Shown here piece by piece: positions 21,324 to 30,127 of a stretch of 64,000 bases of DNA. Below the pieces are notes generated by a model, which worked only from the letters and a program-made list of their open reading frames with translations, made no database searches and was not told where the DNA came from. The stretch is from positions 77,720-141,719 of the forward strand of contig NZ_JBNGPA010000003.1 of NCBI RefSeq assembly GCF_050589845.1, written 5' to 3'. The translations under genes were made by a program, and so were the position numbers. The stretch is from Carboxylicivirga agarovorans. GTDB taxonomy: Bacteria > Bacteroidota > Bacteroidia > Bacteroidales > Marinilabiliaceae. Every line of letters starts with the position of its first letter. Position 1 is the stretch's first letter.

Positions 21324-22439
21324 ATGAAAAAATACAAGATTCTATTGATTCTGTTAGTATACTTTTTAAGTACAAATGCAGACGGCCAGGAGAGTAAAGA
21401 ACCATTAAGAGTTGGTGTAATCGGCCTGACCCACACCCATGTTCATTGGATTTTTGGTAGCGAACCACGTGGGGATATAAAAATTGTTGGGATTGTAGAA
21501 CCCAATGTAGAGCTGGCCAAACAATACGCTGCACAATATAAGTTTTCAATGGAAATGGTATACCCATCCATGGAAGCCATGTTAGAAAAAGTCAAACCTG
21601 AAGCTTTTACTGCCTTTGGAACAATCTACGAGCATTTAGAGGTGGTTGAGTTTGCCGCACCCAGGGGAATCCATGTGATGGTAGAAAAACCCCTTGCGGT
21701 AAGCATGGAACACGCTAAAAGAATGCAGGTTTTGGCTGAAAAGCATCACATTCATCTGTTAACCAATTACGAAACAACATGGTACCCAAGCACGCATAAA
21801 GCATACGATCTGGCTAAAAAAGAAAATGCCATTGGTGACATTCGAAAAATAATGGTACACGACGGACACAAAGGCCCTAAAAAGATAGGTGTTAATAAAG
21901 AATTTTTGGAGTGGCTGACAGATCCCGTTCAAAATGGCGGAGGTGCCGAAGTTGACTTTGGCTGTTATGGAGTCAATATACTGACATGGTTCATGGACGG
22001 GAAACGTCCCAATAGTGTAACTGCCGTTGCGCAACAGTTACAGGCGGAAAACAATCCTAAAGTAAATGATGAATCAATCATTATACTACAATACGACAGT
22101 GCTGTAGCAGTTATACAAGGATCATGGAACTGGCCTATTGGTCGAAAAGACATGGAAATTTATGGTGTCAATGGTGTTATATACGCCGATAATAAACATG
22201 ACCTCCGTGTTCGTATTTCTCAAGGCTATGACGCCTTTGATGAAGACGTCATGCAATTAGAAGAACGCAAAGCTCCATTTGATGATCCTTTTGCCCTTTT
22301 AGCTGCTGTCATTAGAAACGAAATACAGCTGAAGGACTACGACTTAAATGCTTTGGACAATAACATGCTTGTTGTTGAAATTCTTGATGCAGCAAAAGAA
22401 AGCGCAGAACTGAATAGAACCATTTACCTCAAAAAATAA
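21324..22439 (+). CDS. secreted Gfo/Idh/MocA family oxidoreductase
   Basis: Signal peptide, then Rossmann N-terminus RVGVIGLTHTHVHWIFG...IVGIVEPN and the Gfo/Idh/MocA C-terminal domain. Confidence 0.85.
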   Translation: MKKYKILLILLVYFLSTNADGQESKEPLRVGVIGLTHTHVHWIFGSEPRGDIKIVGIVEPNVELAKQYAAQYKFSMEMVYPSMEAMLEKVKPEAFTAFGTIYEHLEVVEFAAPRGIHVMVEKPLAVSMEHAKRMQVLAEKHHIHLLTNYETTWYPSTHKAYDLAKKENAIGDIRKIMVHDGHKGPKKIGVNKEFLEWLTDPVQNGGGAEVDFGCYGVNILTWFMDGKRPNSVTAVAQQLQAENNPKVNDESIIILQYDSAVAVIQGSWNWPIGRKDMEIYGVNGVIYADNKHDLRVRISQGYDAFDEDVMQLEERKAPFDDPFALLAAVIRNEIQLKDYDLNALDNNMLVVEILDAAKESAELNRTIYLKK

Positions 22440-22674
22440 GACAATACCAGGCAGTAACAGATCAACTTTAACATTTCTTCCCTTAGTTATAACTACACCT
22501 TAGGTAAGGCTACAAAAGCCTGCCCTCGCTCTTCTTATATCTTCGCCGGCTCATTTTGCACCTTCTTATTTAACACTATAATTACCAAAGCACCACATAG
22601 TATACTTTCCCAAAAATAAACATCAAACTTGACCACATACCTGCCAACTTAGTACCTTACCGGGGTCTTCTTCG

Positions 22675-22705
22675 GGATCAACCTCGCCAGGAGCGAGGTT
22701 GATCC
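22675..22705. other. perfect 13-bp stem hairpin (GGATCAACCTCGC-cagga-GCGAGGTTGATCC) in a 600-bp non-coding region
   Basis: Checked by reverse-complement. The stem extends imperfectly to ~17 bp. Confidence 0.6.
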
Positions 22706-22769
22706 GAAGCGGTTCCGAAGAATTACCGAAGGAGCTCCGAAGAATTACCGAAGAATTACCGAAGCTGCA
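22704..22769. repeat. six CCGAAG motifs in exact 11-bp phasing (22704, 22715, 22726, 22737, 22748, 22759)
   Basis: Directly visible. The reading frame through the repeat has no in-frame start after an upstream TAG. Confidence 0.7.
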
Positions 22770-23039
22770 TTGGTAAAAGCTAAATAAACGCTTACGTGAT
22801 AAAAGTGAAGTTAGGACAGTGGTTTATTATATTATGTTTATTTATAAGAAGCGGTAATAATCTCATACAAAAATTGGTACCCGCCAGGAAATTACACACA
22901 ATCCTTGGTTAAAAAATACATTCTGAAGAAAAAAATCAGTGTAACCTGTGGTTCCGGCAATTAAGAATTCAGAGGGAATTAATCTCAATAATTAATGTTC
23001 TTTTGCCGAAAGAATTAAAAAAGACTCAATTCAACAGAG

Positions 23040-23369
23040 CTACAAACCTTTATTATTCATCTTCTCAATAAATTGCTCTTTGCCAAACTTCTTTATATAG
23101 TCCTGGTTAGCCAATAGATCCTGTCCGTATTTCTTCCATCGTTCTGCAAACCGGCGGTATCCGGCACATGGATAGGTTTTACATTGATAACAAAATTCCA
23201 GCCCCTTTTTCTCAATGCAACACACATAAATGCCCTTGCATTTTCTTTCCTTACATCCCTTCTCCGCACCTTCACAGCGCCTTTTCTCGCGGATATATAC
23301 AGGGCATCCCCCACAAAATATTCCACAGGGCGGCACAAATCCATCGTATTTTAAAGCATCAGTATCCAT
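23040..23369 (-). CDS. cysteine-rich DUF3795-like protein
   Basis: 109 aa with spaced Cys pairs (CGIFCGGCPVY ... CKERKCKG ... CYQCKTYPCAGY). It resembles the DUF3795 pattern. Confidence 0.45.
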   Translation of the reverse strand: MDTDALKYDGFVPPCGIFCGGCPVYIREKRRCEGAEKGCKERKCKGIYVCCIEKKGLEFCYQCKTYPCAGYRRFAERWKKYGQDLLANQDYIKKFGKEQFIEKMNNKGL

Positions 23370-23493
23370 TTAAAAAATTCTTTATTCTGCTTCAGGTAAT
23401 ACAGTTAACCTGTCCAGGCTTATCACAAATCTACAAAAATATGCTTGCCTTTATGGAATTCGTCTGATTACTGCATCCCTTTTATAAAAATCT

Positions 23494-23679
23494 ATGAAAC
23501 ACCTCATTCATGTATTATTCCTATTCAGCTTTATTGCTGCCAAGGCCCAATTGACCATACACGGCTATGTTATTGATGCAGAAACAAAACAAGCAATGCC
23601 CGGCACTACAATTGTTGAGGGTGGTACCACCAACGGCACAATAAGTGATATAGACGGGAAATTCAGGCTTTATTTATAA
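23494..23679 (+). pseudogene. 61-aa fragment resembling the N-terminus (signal peptide + carboxypeptidase-regulatory-like domain) of a TonB-dependent receptor
   Basis: MKHLIHVLFLFSFIAAKAQLTIHGYVIDAETKQAMPGTTIVEGGTTNGTISDIDGKFRLYL then stop. The signature ...GTT.GT.TD.DG.F.L is typical of SusC/TBDR N-termini. No plug or barrel follows. Confidence 0.45.
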
Positions 23680-23926
23680 AAGTTACCATGATTACAATGA
23701 ATCTAATATTTCATTAAGGTACTTTCTTGATTAAGCCCTTTAATCCCGCCCTAATGGGCGCTTTAATAAAATCACCGACATGGTTTACTACCATCTTTCA
23801 CCAACATGCCATCTTTCTCTTTTTCAACACACAACAAACTCTAATACCCATATAGCACAGTTGAGCATCGGTAAATGGCACAGGGCTTGGATAAGAGATA
23901 ACATGTTCCACTTAAACCTCACTATC

Positions 23927-26830
23927 ATGTTGAAAAATATAATCATCAGAAGCCTGATACTGGCTGGTTTGTTACGAAGCCTGGTCATGTGCTCACAGAC
24001 CATGCAAATGCCGGCGCCGGATATTGATGCCTTCCCTCAACTATCTGTTCAAAATGATTCCATCGATATTGAAATAGCATCCATGGACATTGGCATTAAA
24101 GTATTTGGCAATATCGCTATTACGTCCTACGACATCACATTCTATAATCCCTCCAATCGGGTGCTTGAAGGCGAATTAAACTTTCCATTAAAAGCCAACC
24201 AGGAGATTGTTGGTTTTTCAATGGATGTAGATGGCAAACTGCGCAAAGGCGTCGTGGTTGAAAAGCACAGGGGCAGGCAGGTATTTGAAACCATTGTCAG
24301 GGAAGGTATTGATCCCGGGCTGATCGAAAAAACAAGTGGTAATAACTTCAGGGCAAGGGTCTATCCAATTATGGCCAATGGCACAAAACGCATAGTCATC
24401 AGGTGCCAGGAAATACTTTCTATTTATAACAGCGATTACATTTATCAATTGCCCATGGGATTTCAAAGAGTGATTAAGGATTTCTCCATCAAAGCGGAAG
24501 TGGTAAAAGGGCACAAAAAACCGTCCATAATAACAAACGACTTCACTCACCTCAATTTCACTAAATGGGAAGAGTCATTTGTAGCTGAAGCAAGGCAAAA
24601 AACCATTTATGCATCGGGTTTGTTCGCCTTCTTATTACCCAACGCCGGCAAAAAAGAATTTGGTATCAGGTCGGATGACGGTCAATACTTCTATGCCACC
24701 GCCCCCATTGCCATGACAAGCAAAAACAAAGAGAAAGTCAGTCATATCCATCTACTTTGGGATGTATCGGGTTCAGGATCAAATAGAAATTCTGAGAAGG
24801 AGATAGATTTATTATCGGCCTATTTAAAATACCATGGAGACCTTAAAGTTTCGTTAACTCCCTTCAACCACGTCAAGCATCCTACAAGTGACTTTACCAT
24901 TATCAACGGAGACATTTCAGACCTGGCGAGTGCCATAAAATCGCTTCGCTACGATGGCGGAAGTTGCCTTGAAAATATTCCGTTTGATGAGTTCAATACC
25001 GGGGAGATACTGCTGTTTAGCGATGGTCTGATAAACTTTGGCGAACTGTCCATTAAGCAATGTAAATCACCCTTAAACATCATCAATTCTTCATTAAAAG
25101 CCGATCATTCCTTAATGGAACACTTAGCCCTCAGTAATAAAGGTACCTATATCGACTTATCCGTTTTAGCATTGAATGATGCTCTTGTTATGCTCGAAAA
25201 GCAACAAATTACGGCCGAGGCAGATAACATGAATGATCATACCAGTGATGTAATTATTACTTTATCACCTAATAAGAAACACCTTGTCATGACAGGAAAA
25301 GTACATCACGAAGATGCACTACTTGCCATTAAGCTATACAGTGGCAGTAATGAACTTGAGCGTTATGAAATGGAGATTCCGGAAGAACAAAGCTATCATG
25401 ATATCCCTGTGGCAAGAATATGGGCCTCTCAAAGGATAAATGTTTTATTACGGAATAAGCAGAAGCACAAAAACGATATTATTTCGTTGGCAACCAGGTA
25501 TGGTGTGGTAAGCGATTACACCTCTCTGATGGTTCTGGAGCGTCTCGAAGATTATATTCGCTTTGAAGTTGAACCTCCTGCGGAATGGAAAGGTGAATAT
25601 ACAAGAATAAAGAAGCGTAAAAAAGATCTTCAATCCAGCAACAAAGATGACTATACCCAAACAATAAACACCTACATAAAAGATTATAAAGAATGGTGGA
25701 ATACAACGTTTCCACAATCAAAAAGGTCTCCAAAAGGCAATACATCATTTCATGTTAGTGATCAAATGGATCTGGATGTTCCTATTACTCGACAGGAAGA
25801 AAACACACCACCACCACCCCCTCCTCCTGCAGAGACCAACATAGTTTCACTCATCATGATCGAAGATTCAGATATGGAGGAAGAGGCTTGCGATACACCT
25901 CCTGTAAGAAGCCGGGGCATGCAGGTTTATACCAATGCCATTCCATGGGACAGTACTGCAACATACATGACTGAAATTAGCAAACTAAAGGGGTCGGAGG
26001 CCTACCCCTATTATATCTCGGTGAAAGAAAAACATTTAAATCAACCTTCATTTTTTCTTGATATAGCTGCTTACCTATTTAAAATCAACAGAACGAAAGA
26101 AGGAGTTACCGTTATCACCAATATCGCAGAGCTACAGCTAGAAGATGCTGAAGTATTAAGGGTTGCAGGTCATAAATTAATAGAGCAGGATCAACTGGAA
26201 ACAGGCATTCTAGTCTTCAAAAAAATCAAGGAGATAAGACCTGAAGAGCTACAGTCATACCGCGACCTGGCACTGGCCCTTGAAAAAGCCGGGCGACACC
26301 AGGATGCTGTCGACCTGATGATTGAAGCCCTTCATCAGCCAGAGCTTAGAGCGAACAGCGGCATTAAAGGAATCCTTCTAAACGAAATCAACAGCTTATT
26401 AAACAAACACCCCCAATTGATTGAGACGACACAGCTTCCTGATGGGTGGCGTTACAACATGCCTGTATCCATTCGAATAGTATTAAGCTGGAGTACCGAT
26501 CATTCGGATGTTGACCTGTGGATTACAGAGCCTGGTGGCGAGCAGTGCATGTACAGTAATAACAGAACCTGCTTAGGTGGTCGCTTGTCGTATGATGTCA
26601 CCAATGGCTACGGACCCGAAGAGTACCTGATTAAATCGGCCAGGCAGGGCCGTTACAAGATACAAGCCAATTACTTTGGCGACAGGCGACCTTCAATCAC
26701 CGGCCCCATTACCTTGTATGCCGAGATATTTGAAAATTATGGTACCATGCAACAAACCAGCCGGCAAGTTGTATTGCAACTAAAGGAGCAAAAACAGGTT
26801 ATTGACCTGGGTGAAGTGAGAGTGGATTGA
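23927..26830 (+). CDS. secreted VIT + vWA + helical-repeat + C-terminal DUF2135 (YfaP-like) protein
   Basis: Start adjusted to the ATG at 23927 (signal peptide MLKNIIIRSLILAGLLRSLVMC). VIT-like block (EGELNFPLKANQEIVGFSMDVDGKLRKGVVVEKHRGRQVFETIV). vWA MIDAS DVSGSGS ... LLFSDGL. Poly-Pro linker. C-terminal SWSTDHSDVDLWITEPGGEQCMYSNNRTCLGGRLSYDVTNGYGPEEYLIKSARQGRYKIQANYFGD matches the DUF2135 domain of E. coli YfaP. Confidence 0.8.
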   Translation: MLKNIIIRSLILAGLLRSLVMCSQTMQMPAPDIDAFPQLSVQNDSIDIEIASMDIGIKVFGNIAITSYDITFYNPSNRVLEGELNFPLKANQEIVGFSMDVDGKLRKGVVVEKHRGRQVFETIVREGIDPGLIEKTSGNNFRARVYPIMANGTKRIVIRCQEILSIYNSDYIYQLPMGFQRVIKDFSIKAEVVKGHKKPSIITNDFTHLNFTKWEESFVAEARQKTIYASGLFAFLLPNAGKKEFGIRSDDGQYFYATAPIAMTSKNKEKVSHIHLLWDVSGSGSNRNSEKEIDLLSAYLKYHGDLKVSLTPFNHVKHPTSDFTIINGDISDLASAIKSLRYDGGSCLENIPFDEFNTGEILLFSDGLINFGELSIKQCKSPLNIINSSLKADHSLMEHLALSNKGTYIDLSVLALNDALVMLEKQQITAEADNMNDHTSDVIITLSPNKKHLVMTGKVHHEDALLAIKLYSGSNELERYEMEIPEEQSYHDIPVARIWASQRINVLLRNKQKHKNDIISLATRYGVVSDYTSLMVLERLEDYIRFEVEPPAEWKGEYTRIKKRKKDLQSSNKDDYTQTINTYIKDYKEWWNTTFPQSKRSPKGNTSFHVSDQMDLDVPITRQEENTPPPPPPPAETNIVSLIMIEDSDMEEEACDTPPVRSRGMQVYTNAIPWDSTATYMTEISKLKGSEAYPYYISVKEKHLNQPSFFLDIAAYLFKINRTKEGVTVITNIAELQLEDAEVLRVAGHKLIEQDQLETGILVFKKIKEIRPEELQSYRDLALALEKAGRHQDAVDLMIEALHQPELRANSGIKGILLNEINSLLNKHPQLIETTQLPDGWRYNMPVSIRIVLSWSTDHSDVDLWITEPGGEQCMYSNNRTCLGGRLSYDVTNGYGPEEYLIKSARQGRYKIQANYFGDRRPSITGPITLYAEIFENYGTMQQTSRQVVLQLKEQKQVIDLGEVRVD

Positions 26831-26885
26831 CCGGCTCCTGGTATCCCACCGCATCATTATGCTCTGCCCTGCGCAATTAAGACAA
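26825..26885. repeat. direct repeat copy 1 (GGATTGACCnnnnCCTGGTATCCC...), overlapping the stop codon of the VIT-vWA gene
   Basis: ~45/60 identity with 27186..27246. The first 9 bp and an 11-bp core are identical. Confidence 0.6.
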
Positions 26886-27086
26886 CAAAACTACAGCCTG
26901 TTATTGACAACTCGCTTAGTAATGATTGTATCAATGTGCAGGAATTCTGACATCAGTAACGCAGGCGGGGTACCCACTTGACGAAGTGAAGGATAGAAAG
27001 ATTTGAAGTGCGCAATGTAAATCTTTAAATCTTTCCCGGAACAAGGCAATAGTGGGTCGCTGAGTGCTGCCGTCAGCGGACTTTTT

Positions 27087-27119
27087 CTTCCCTTTTTTGA
27101 CTGTAGAAAAAAGGGAAAG
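27087..27119. terminator. hairpin TTCCCTTTTTT-gactgtag-AAAAAAGGGAA; candidate bidirectional terminator between convergent genes
   Basis: 11-bp stem with A/T runs on both sides. Lies in the convergent intergenic region. Confidence 0.4.
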
Positions 27120-27185
27120 CCCTTGCGGCTTGAGCAATTAAAAAAACAAATTATTGACTGCCCAAGTAGATTTACGATTGTAAGG

Positions 27186-27246
27186 GATTGACCAACACCT
27201 GGTATCCCGCAGAACCGTTGCGCTTTGCCCAGCGCTATAAAAATGC
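27186..27246. repeat. direct repeat copy 2 of the 26825..26885 element
   Basis: See copy 1. An inner repeat pair (TTATTGAC...GATTGTA at ~26900 and ~27150) is nested between the outer copies. Confidence 0.6.
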
Positions 27247-27374
27247 CAGACTACTGCTGCAGCGCGAATCCCTGCTCCAACTCTGAGGCTAATTAATTTC
27301 TTAAAAAGACTTCCGGTTTTAAGGGCAGGGAACCCATTGCAAAAAGAGAATTTACCGCAATGACAAAAGAAAAC

Positions 27375-28055
27375 CTAATAAACACTCATTGCCCCCCAAA
27401 GCTTGTCAAACTCCTTCTGATAGCTGTCAATTGCTTTTTTATCGTTGGTCTCAAGAATATTTTCCTGGTTAAACTGTGCAGCACTTCTTGTCCAGTTGTA
27501 ACTGCCGGTCAGCAATACCTCATCATCGAAGATAGCAAACTTATGGTGCATATGATGACTTGAATTGTCGACTTTCACACTGGCTCCTTTTCGCTGAAGA
27601 TATTCTATATCAGAACCTAAGTCGTTCGTTTTATCATCATCGGTTATTATTCTTACTTTAACGCCTTTGTTAATAGCATACTCCAGGCGATCCCTTATAT
27701 CATTGTCGCTGATGGTAAAAACACAAATATCAATTTTCCTTACAGCGTAACTGATCTGGGTAAGAATAGTAGATAAGCATTCCTGCCCCGGGCTAAAATA
27801 TGAGCGACAGTAAAAGCTTTGCCGCTCTTTCGGCAATATAAGCTTATTGGCTTCTTCCAGCCAGTCAATAACCTGAAGGTGTTTATAGTCACTGAAATGA
27901 TTCCGCGCTTCGTTAAAGACTTCGCTCCTGACACGATTCAGATCATGCTTACTTAGCTTCTTGTCACTGATGACAGATTTCAGGGCTTTCTTTTCTCCTT
28001 TGGTAAGAATTCTATCTTCAAGGGTTTGCTTTAAATAAGCTATTAGTTCTTTCAT
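27375..28055 (-). CDS. phospholipase D-family (single HKD motif) nuclease-like protein
   Basis: HHKFAIFDDEVLLTGSYNWT fits HxK(x4)D(x6)GSxN, the HKD signature of Nuc-type PLD nucleases. It has a ~90-aa helical N-terminal extension. Its ATG overlaps the stop of the upstream regulator by 4 bp (ATGA). Confidence 0.8.
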   Translation of the reverse strand: MKELIAYLKQTLEDRILTKGEKKALKSVISDKKLSKHDLNRVRSEVFNEARNHFSDYKHLQVIDWLEEANKLILPKERQSFYCRSYFSPGQECLSTILTQISYAVRKIDICVFTISDNDIRDRLEYAINKGVKVRIITDDDKTNDLGSDIEYLQRKGASVKVDNSSHHMHHKFAIFDDEVLLTGSYNWTRSAAQFNQENILETNDKKAIDSYQKEFDKLWGAMSVY

Positions 28056-28795
28056 AATTTATTTTGGATCGTTTTTTCAGTTAATCGGTATAGTTGTTCT
28101 TCCAGGCGATCAATTCGCTTTGATTCTGATTCACCTGAAAAACCGCCGATATATCTAATAACAGGATAATAATAATCAATATCATCAATATTTACCAGCA
28201 ATAAATCATAATCCACCTGTAAGATCAAAACAGTTTTGCCTGCTAATACTTTTAGCTTACTAATATAAATAGCACCACCTGTTTTAATCACATAATACTG
28301 ATCATTAGTAATGGATACCTGCTCTGTATCGACAATAATAATATCATTTTGCGTCATTGAATCGGGCATTGCTCTAAAGTCTCGAGGTGTGATATTAACA
28401 GCAACACATACGCCTGATCCCTCATTTAAAGGCATTTGCATACTATCAATCTCTACTTCATTATCCGACAACACTTTTTCAATATCGTGCACTGCAGGGC
28501 AAAAAGGGATGCTTTTTAACTCATAAACCAACTTACTTGAATTTTTAAATGTCGGCTCATTACCCACATCAAAATGATAAAGTTCATTTACGGTTAGCTC
28601 TTTATTGATCAGTTCATCGATCGTAATACTAAAATATTTAGCAACCCGATTAATTAAATCAATTTTAGGTTCTGCCCTCCCCTCTTCATATGAACCAACG
28701 CTAGCCCTTGATAAATCAAAGATTTCAGCAAATTCAGTCTGACTTATCTTTTGTATTGAACGTATCTTTCTAATATTACTTCCAAAATAACTCAT
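28052..28795 (-). CDS. XRE-family HTH transcriptional regulator with S24/LexA-like C-terminal domain
   Basis: N-terminal Cro/C1-type HTH (IRKIRSIQKISQTEFAEIFDLSRASVGSYEEGRAEP). C-terminal beta-rich domain of the LexA/CI peptidase S24 type. Catalytic residues were not verified. Confidence 0.65.
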   Translation of the reverse strand: MSYFGSNIRKIRSIQKISQTEFAEIFDLSRASVGSYEEGRAEPKIDLINRVAKYFSITIDELINKELTVNELYHFDVGNEPTFKNSSKLVYELKSIPFCPAVHDIEKVLSDNEVEIDSMQMPLNEGSGVCVAVNITPRDFRAMPDSMTQNDIIIVDTEQVSITNDQYYVIKTGGAIYISKLKVLAGKTVLILQVDYDLLLVNIDDIDYYYPVIRYIGGFSGESESKRIDRLEEQLYRLTEKTIQNKL

Positions 28796-28989
28796 AAATT
28801 ATTGCTAATTCTATTTGCACCAATAAAACATTTCGCTATATTTGCTAATGTGATTGTCAAAAGAACAAAAAAAACAATAGAAATGCTAACCAACCTAACT
28901 CTTTCTTATGATTTTAAATAACCTCCCTATGTTTAATGAGACAATATTTTTTTTAAATTCAAAACCCGAAAAATGATTAAACCACTCTA

Positions 28990-29388
28990 ATGATGGAAAA
29001 CTATTTTAAAAAAGTTAAGAATTACCTTTTGGAACTGGATTGCGAAGTAGTTAACGAAAACGAGAGCGAGGGCGTTCTTGTCGTTACTAAGCCCGAAGAA
29101 GGAATTGTCAATTTAGTTTTAGGTTGTGTCGACCCTCTCCTAATCATGGAGCAATTTATTTTTGAAATTAATGGGGATAACATGAGTGTGTTCAAGCAGT
29201 TACTGATGAAGAACCGGGACATTGTTCACGGCGCCTTTGTGCTCGACGAAACTGGTCACAAGGTCATATTCAGAGATACCCTTCAAATTGAAAACCTTGA
29301 TCTAAACGAATTAGAAGGTTCTATTAATTCATTAAGCCTTTTGCTTAGTGAGTATGCCAATGAAATTATTAAGTTTTCTACAAATTAG
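28990..29388 (+). CDS. small acidic protein upstream of pspA (possible PspA-associated / YbjN-like)
   Basis: 132 aa with no TM helix. It ends 8 bp before the pspA start. Family assignment is tentative. Confidence 0.35.
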   Translation: MMENYFKKVKNYLLELDCEVVNENESEGVLVVTKPEEGIVNLVLGCVDPLLIMEQFIFEINGDNMSVFKQLLMKNRDIVHGAFVLDETGHKVIFRDTLQIENLDLNELEGSINSLSLLLSEYANEIIKFSTN

Positions 29389-29396
29389 AGTAAGCC

Positions 29397-30110
29397 ATGA
29401 ACGTATTTAGTAGATTATTCAGAATAGGAAGTGCCGAGGCTCATTCGGCAATAGATAAGTTAGAAGATCCCATTAAAATGACCGAACAAGGTATTCGCGA
29501 TCTTAAAACAAACTTAGATGACAGCTTAAAAGCTTTGGCTGAGGTTAAAGCCTTATCTATACGTGCGAAAAACGACTACGAAAACAACCGTTCCCGCGCA
29601 GGCGAATACGAAAACAAAGCCATCCTTTTACTTAAAAAAGCGGAAAAAGGAGAATTAGCAGCTGAAGAAGCTGACCGCCTGGCAACAGAAGCCCTTACTA
29701 AAAAGGAGGAGTGCTTGAGCATGGCTTCACAAAAGCAAGGTGAAGTAACCCGCTTTGAACAGAATCTGGCGCAATTAGACAGCAACATCAAGAAGCTGCG
29801 CTCACAAATCAGCACATACGAAAACGAATTAAAGACGCTGAAAGCACGTGTTAAGGTCAGTAAAGCTACGAAGAGCATTAATAAGCAAATGGCACAGATC
29901 GACTCCGACAGCACCATTAGCATGCTCGAAAAAATGAAAGAAAAAGTTGACCAGGAAGAAGCATTGTCTGAAGCTTATGGTGAGATCGCCAATGAATCAA
30001 AGTCATTGGATGACGAAATTGATTCTGCCCTTGGAGGAAATAAAGCTGAAGCCGCTGAATCATTAGCCGAGCTAAAAGCTAAATTAGGTTTAGATAAAAA
30101 AGAAGAATAA
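29397..30110 (+). CDS. pspA: PspA/IM30 family protein (phage shock protein A)
   Basis: MNVFSRLFRIGSAEAHSAIDKLEDPIKMTEQGIRDLKTNLDDSLKALAEV... aligns along its whole length with E. coli PspA ([40 protein letters not shown]...). Coiled coil throughout. Confidence 0.9.
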   Translation: MNVFSRLFRIGSAEAHSAIDKLEDPIKMTEQGIRDLKTNLDDSLKALAEVKALSIRAKNDYENNRSRAGEYENKAILLLKKAEKGELAAEEADRLATEALTKKEECLSMASQKQGEVTRFEQNLAQLDSNIKKLRSQISTYENELKTLKARVKVSKATKSINKQMAQIDSDSTISMLEKMKEKVDQEEALSEAYGEIANESKSLDDEIDSALGGNKAEAAESLAELKAKLGLDKKEE

Positions 30111-30127
30111 TTAATAGTTAAAGGTTA

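Noticed and set aside
22704-22769. Possible CRISPR array (phased CCGAAG repeats)
   Set aside because: The repeat unit is only 6 bp with 5-bp spacers, far below CRISPR repeat and spacer sizes. There are no cas genes.
26931-27137. 68-aa minus-strand ORF between the vWA gene and the PLD gene
   Set aside because: It overlaps the hairpin and direct-repeat region and has a Lys/Arg-rich low-complexity translation. It is probably non-coding.
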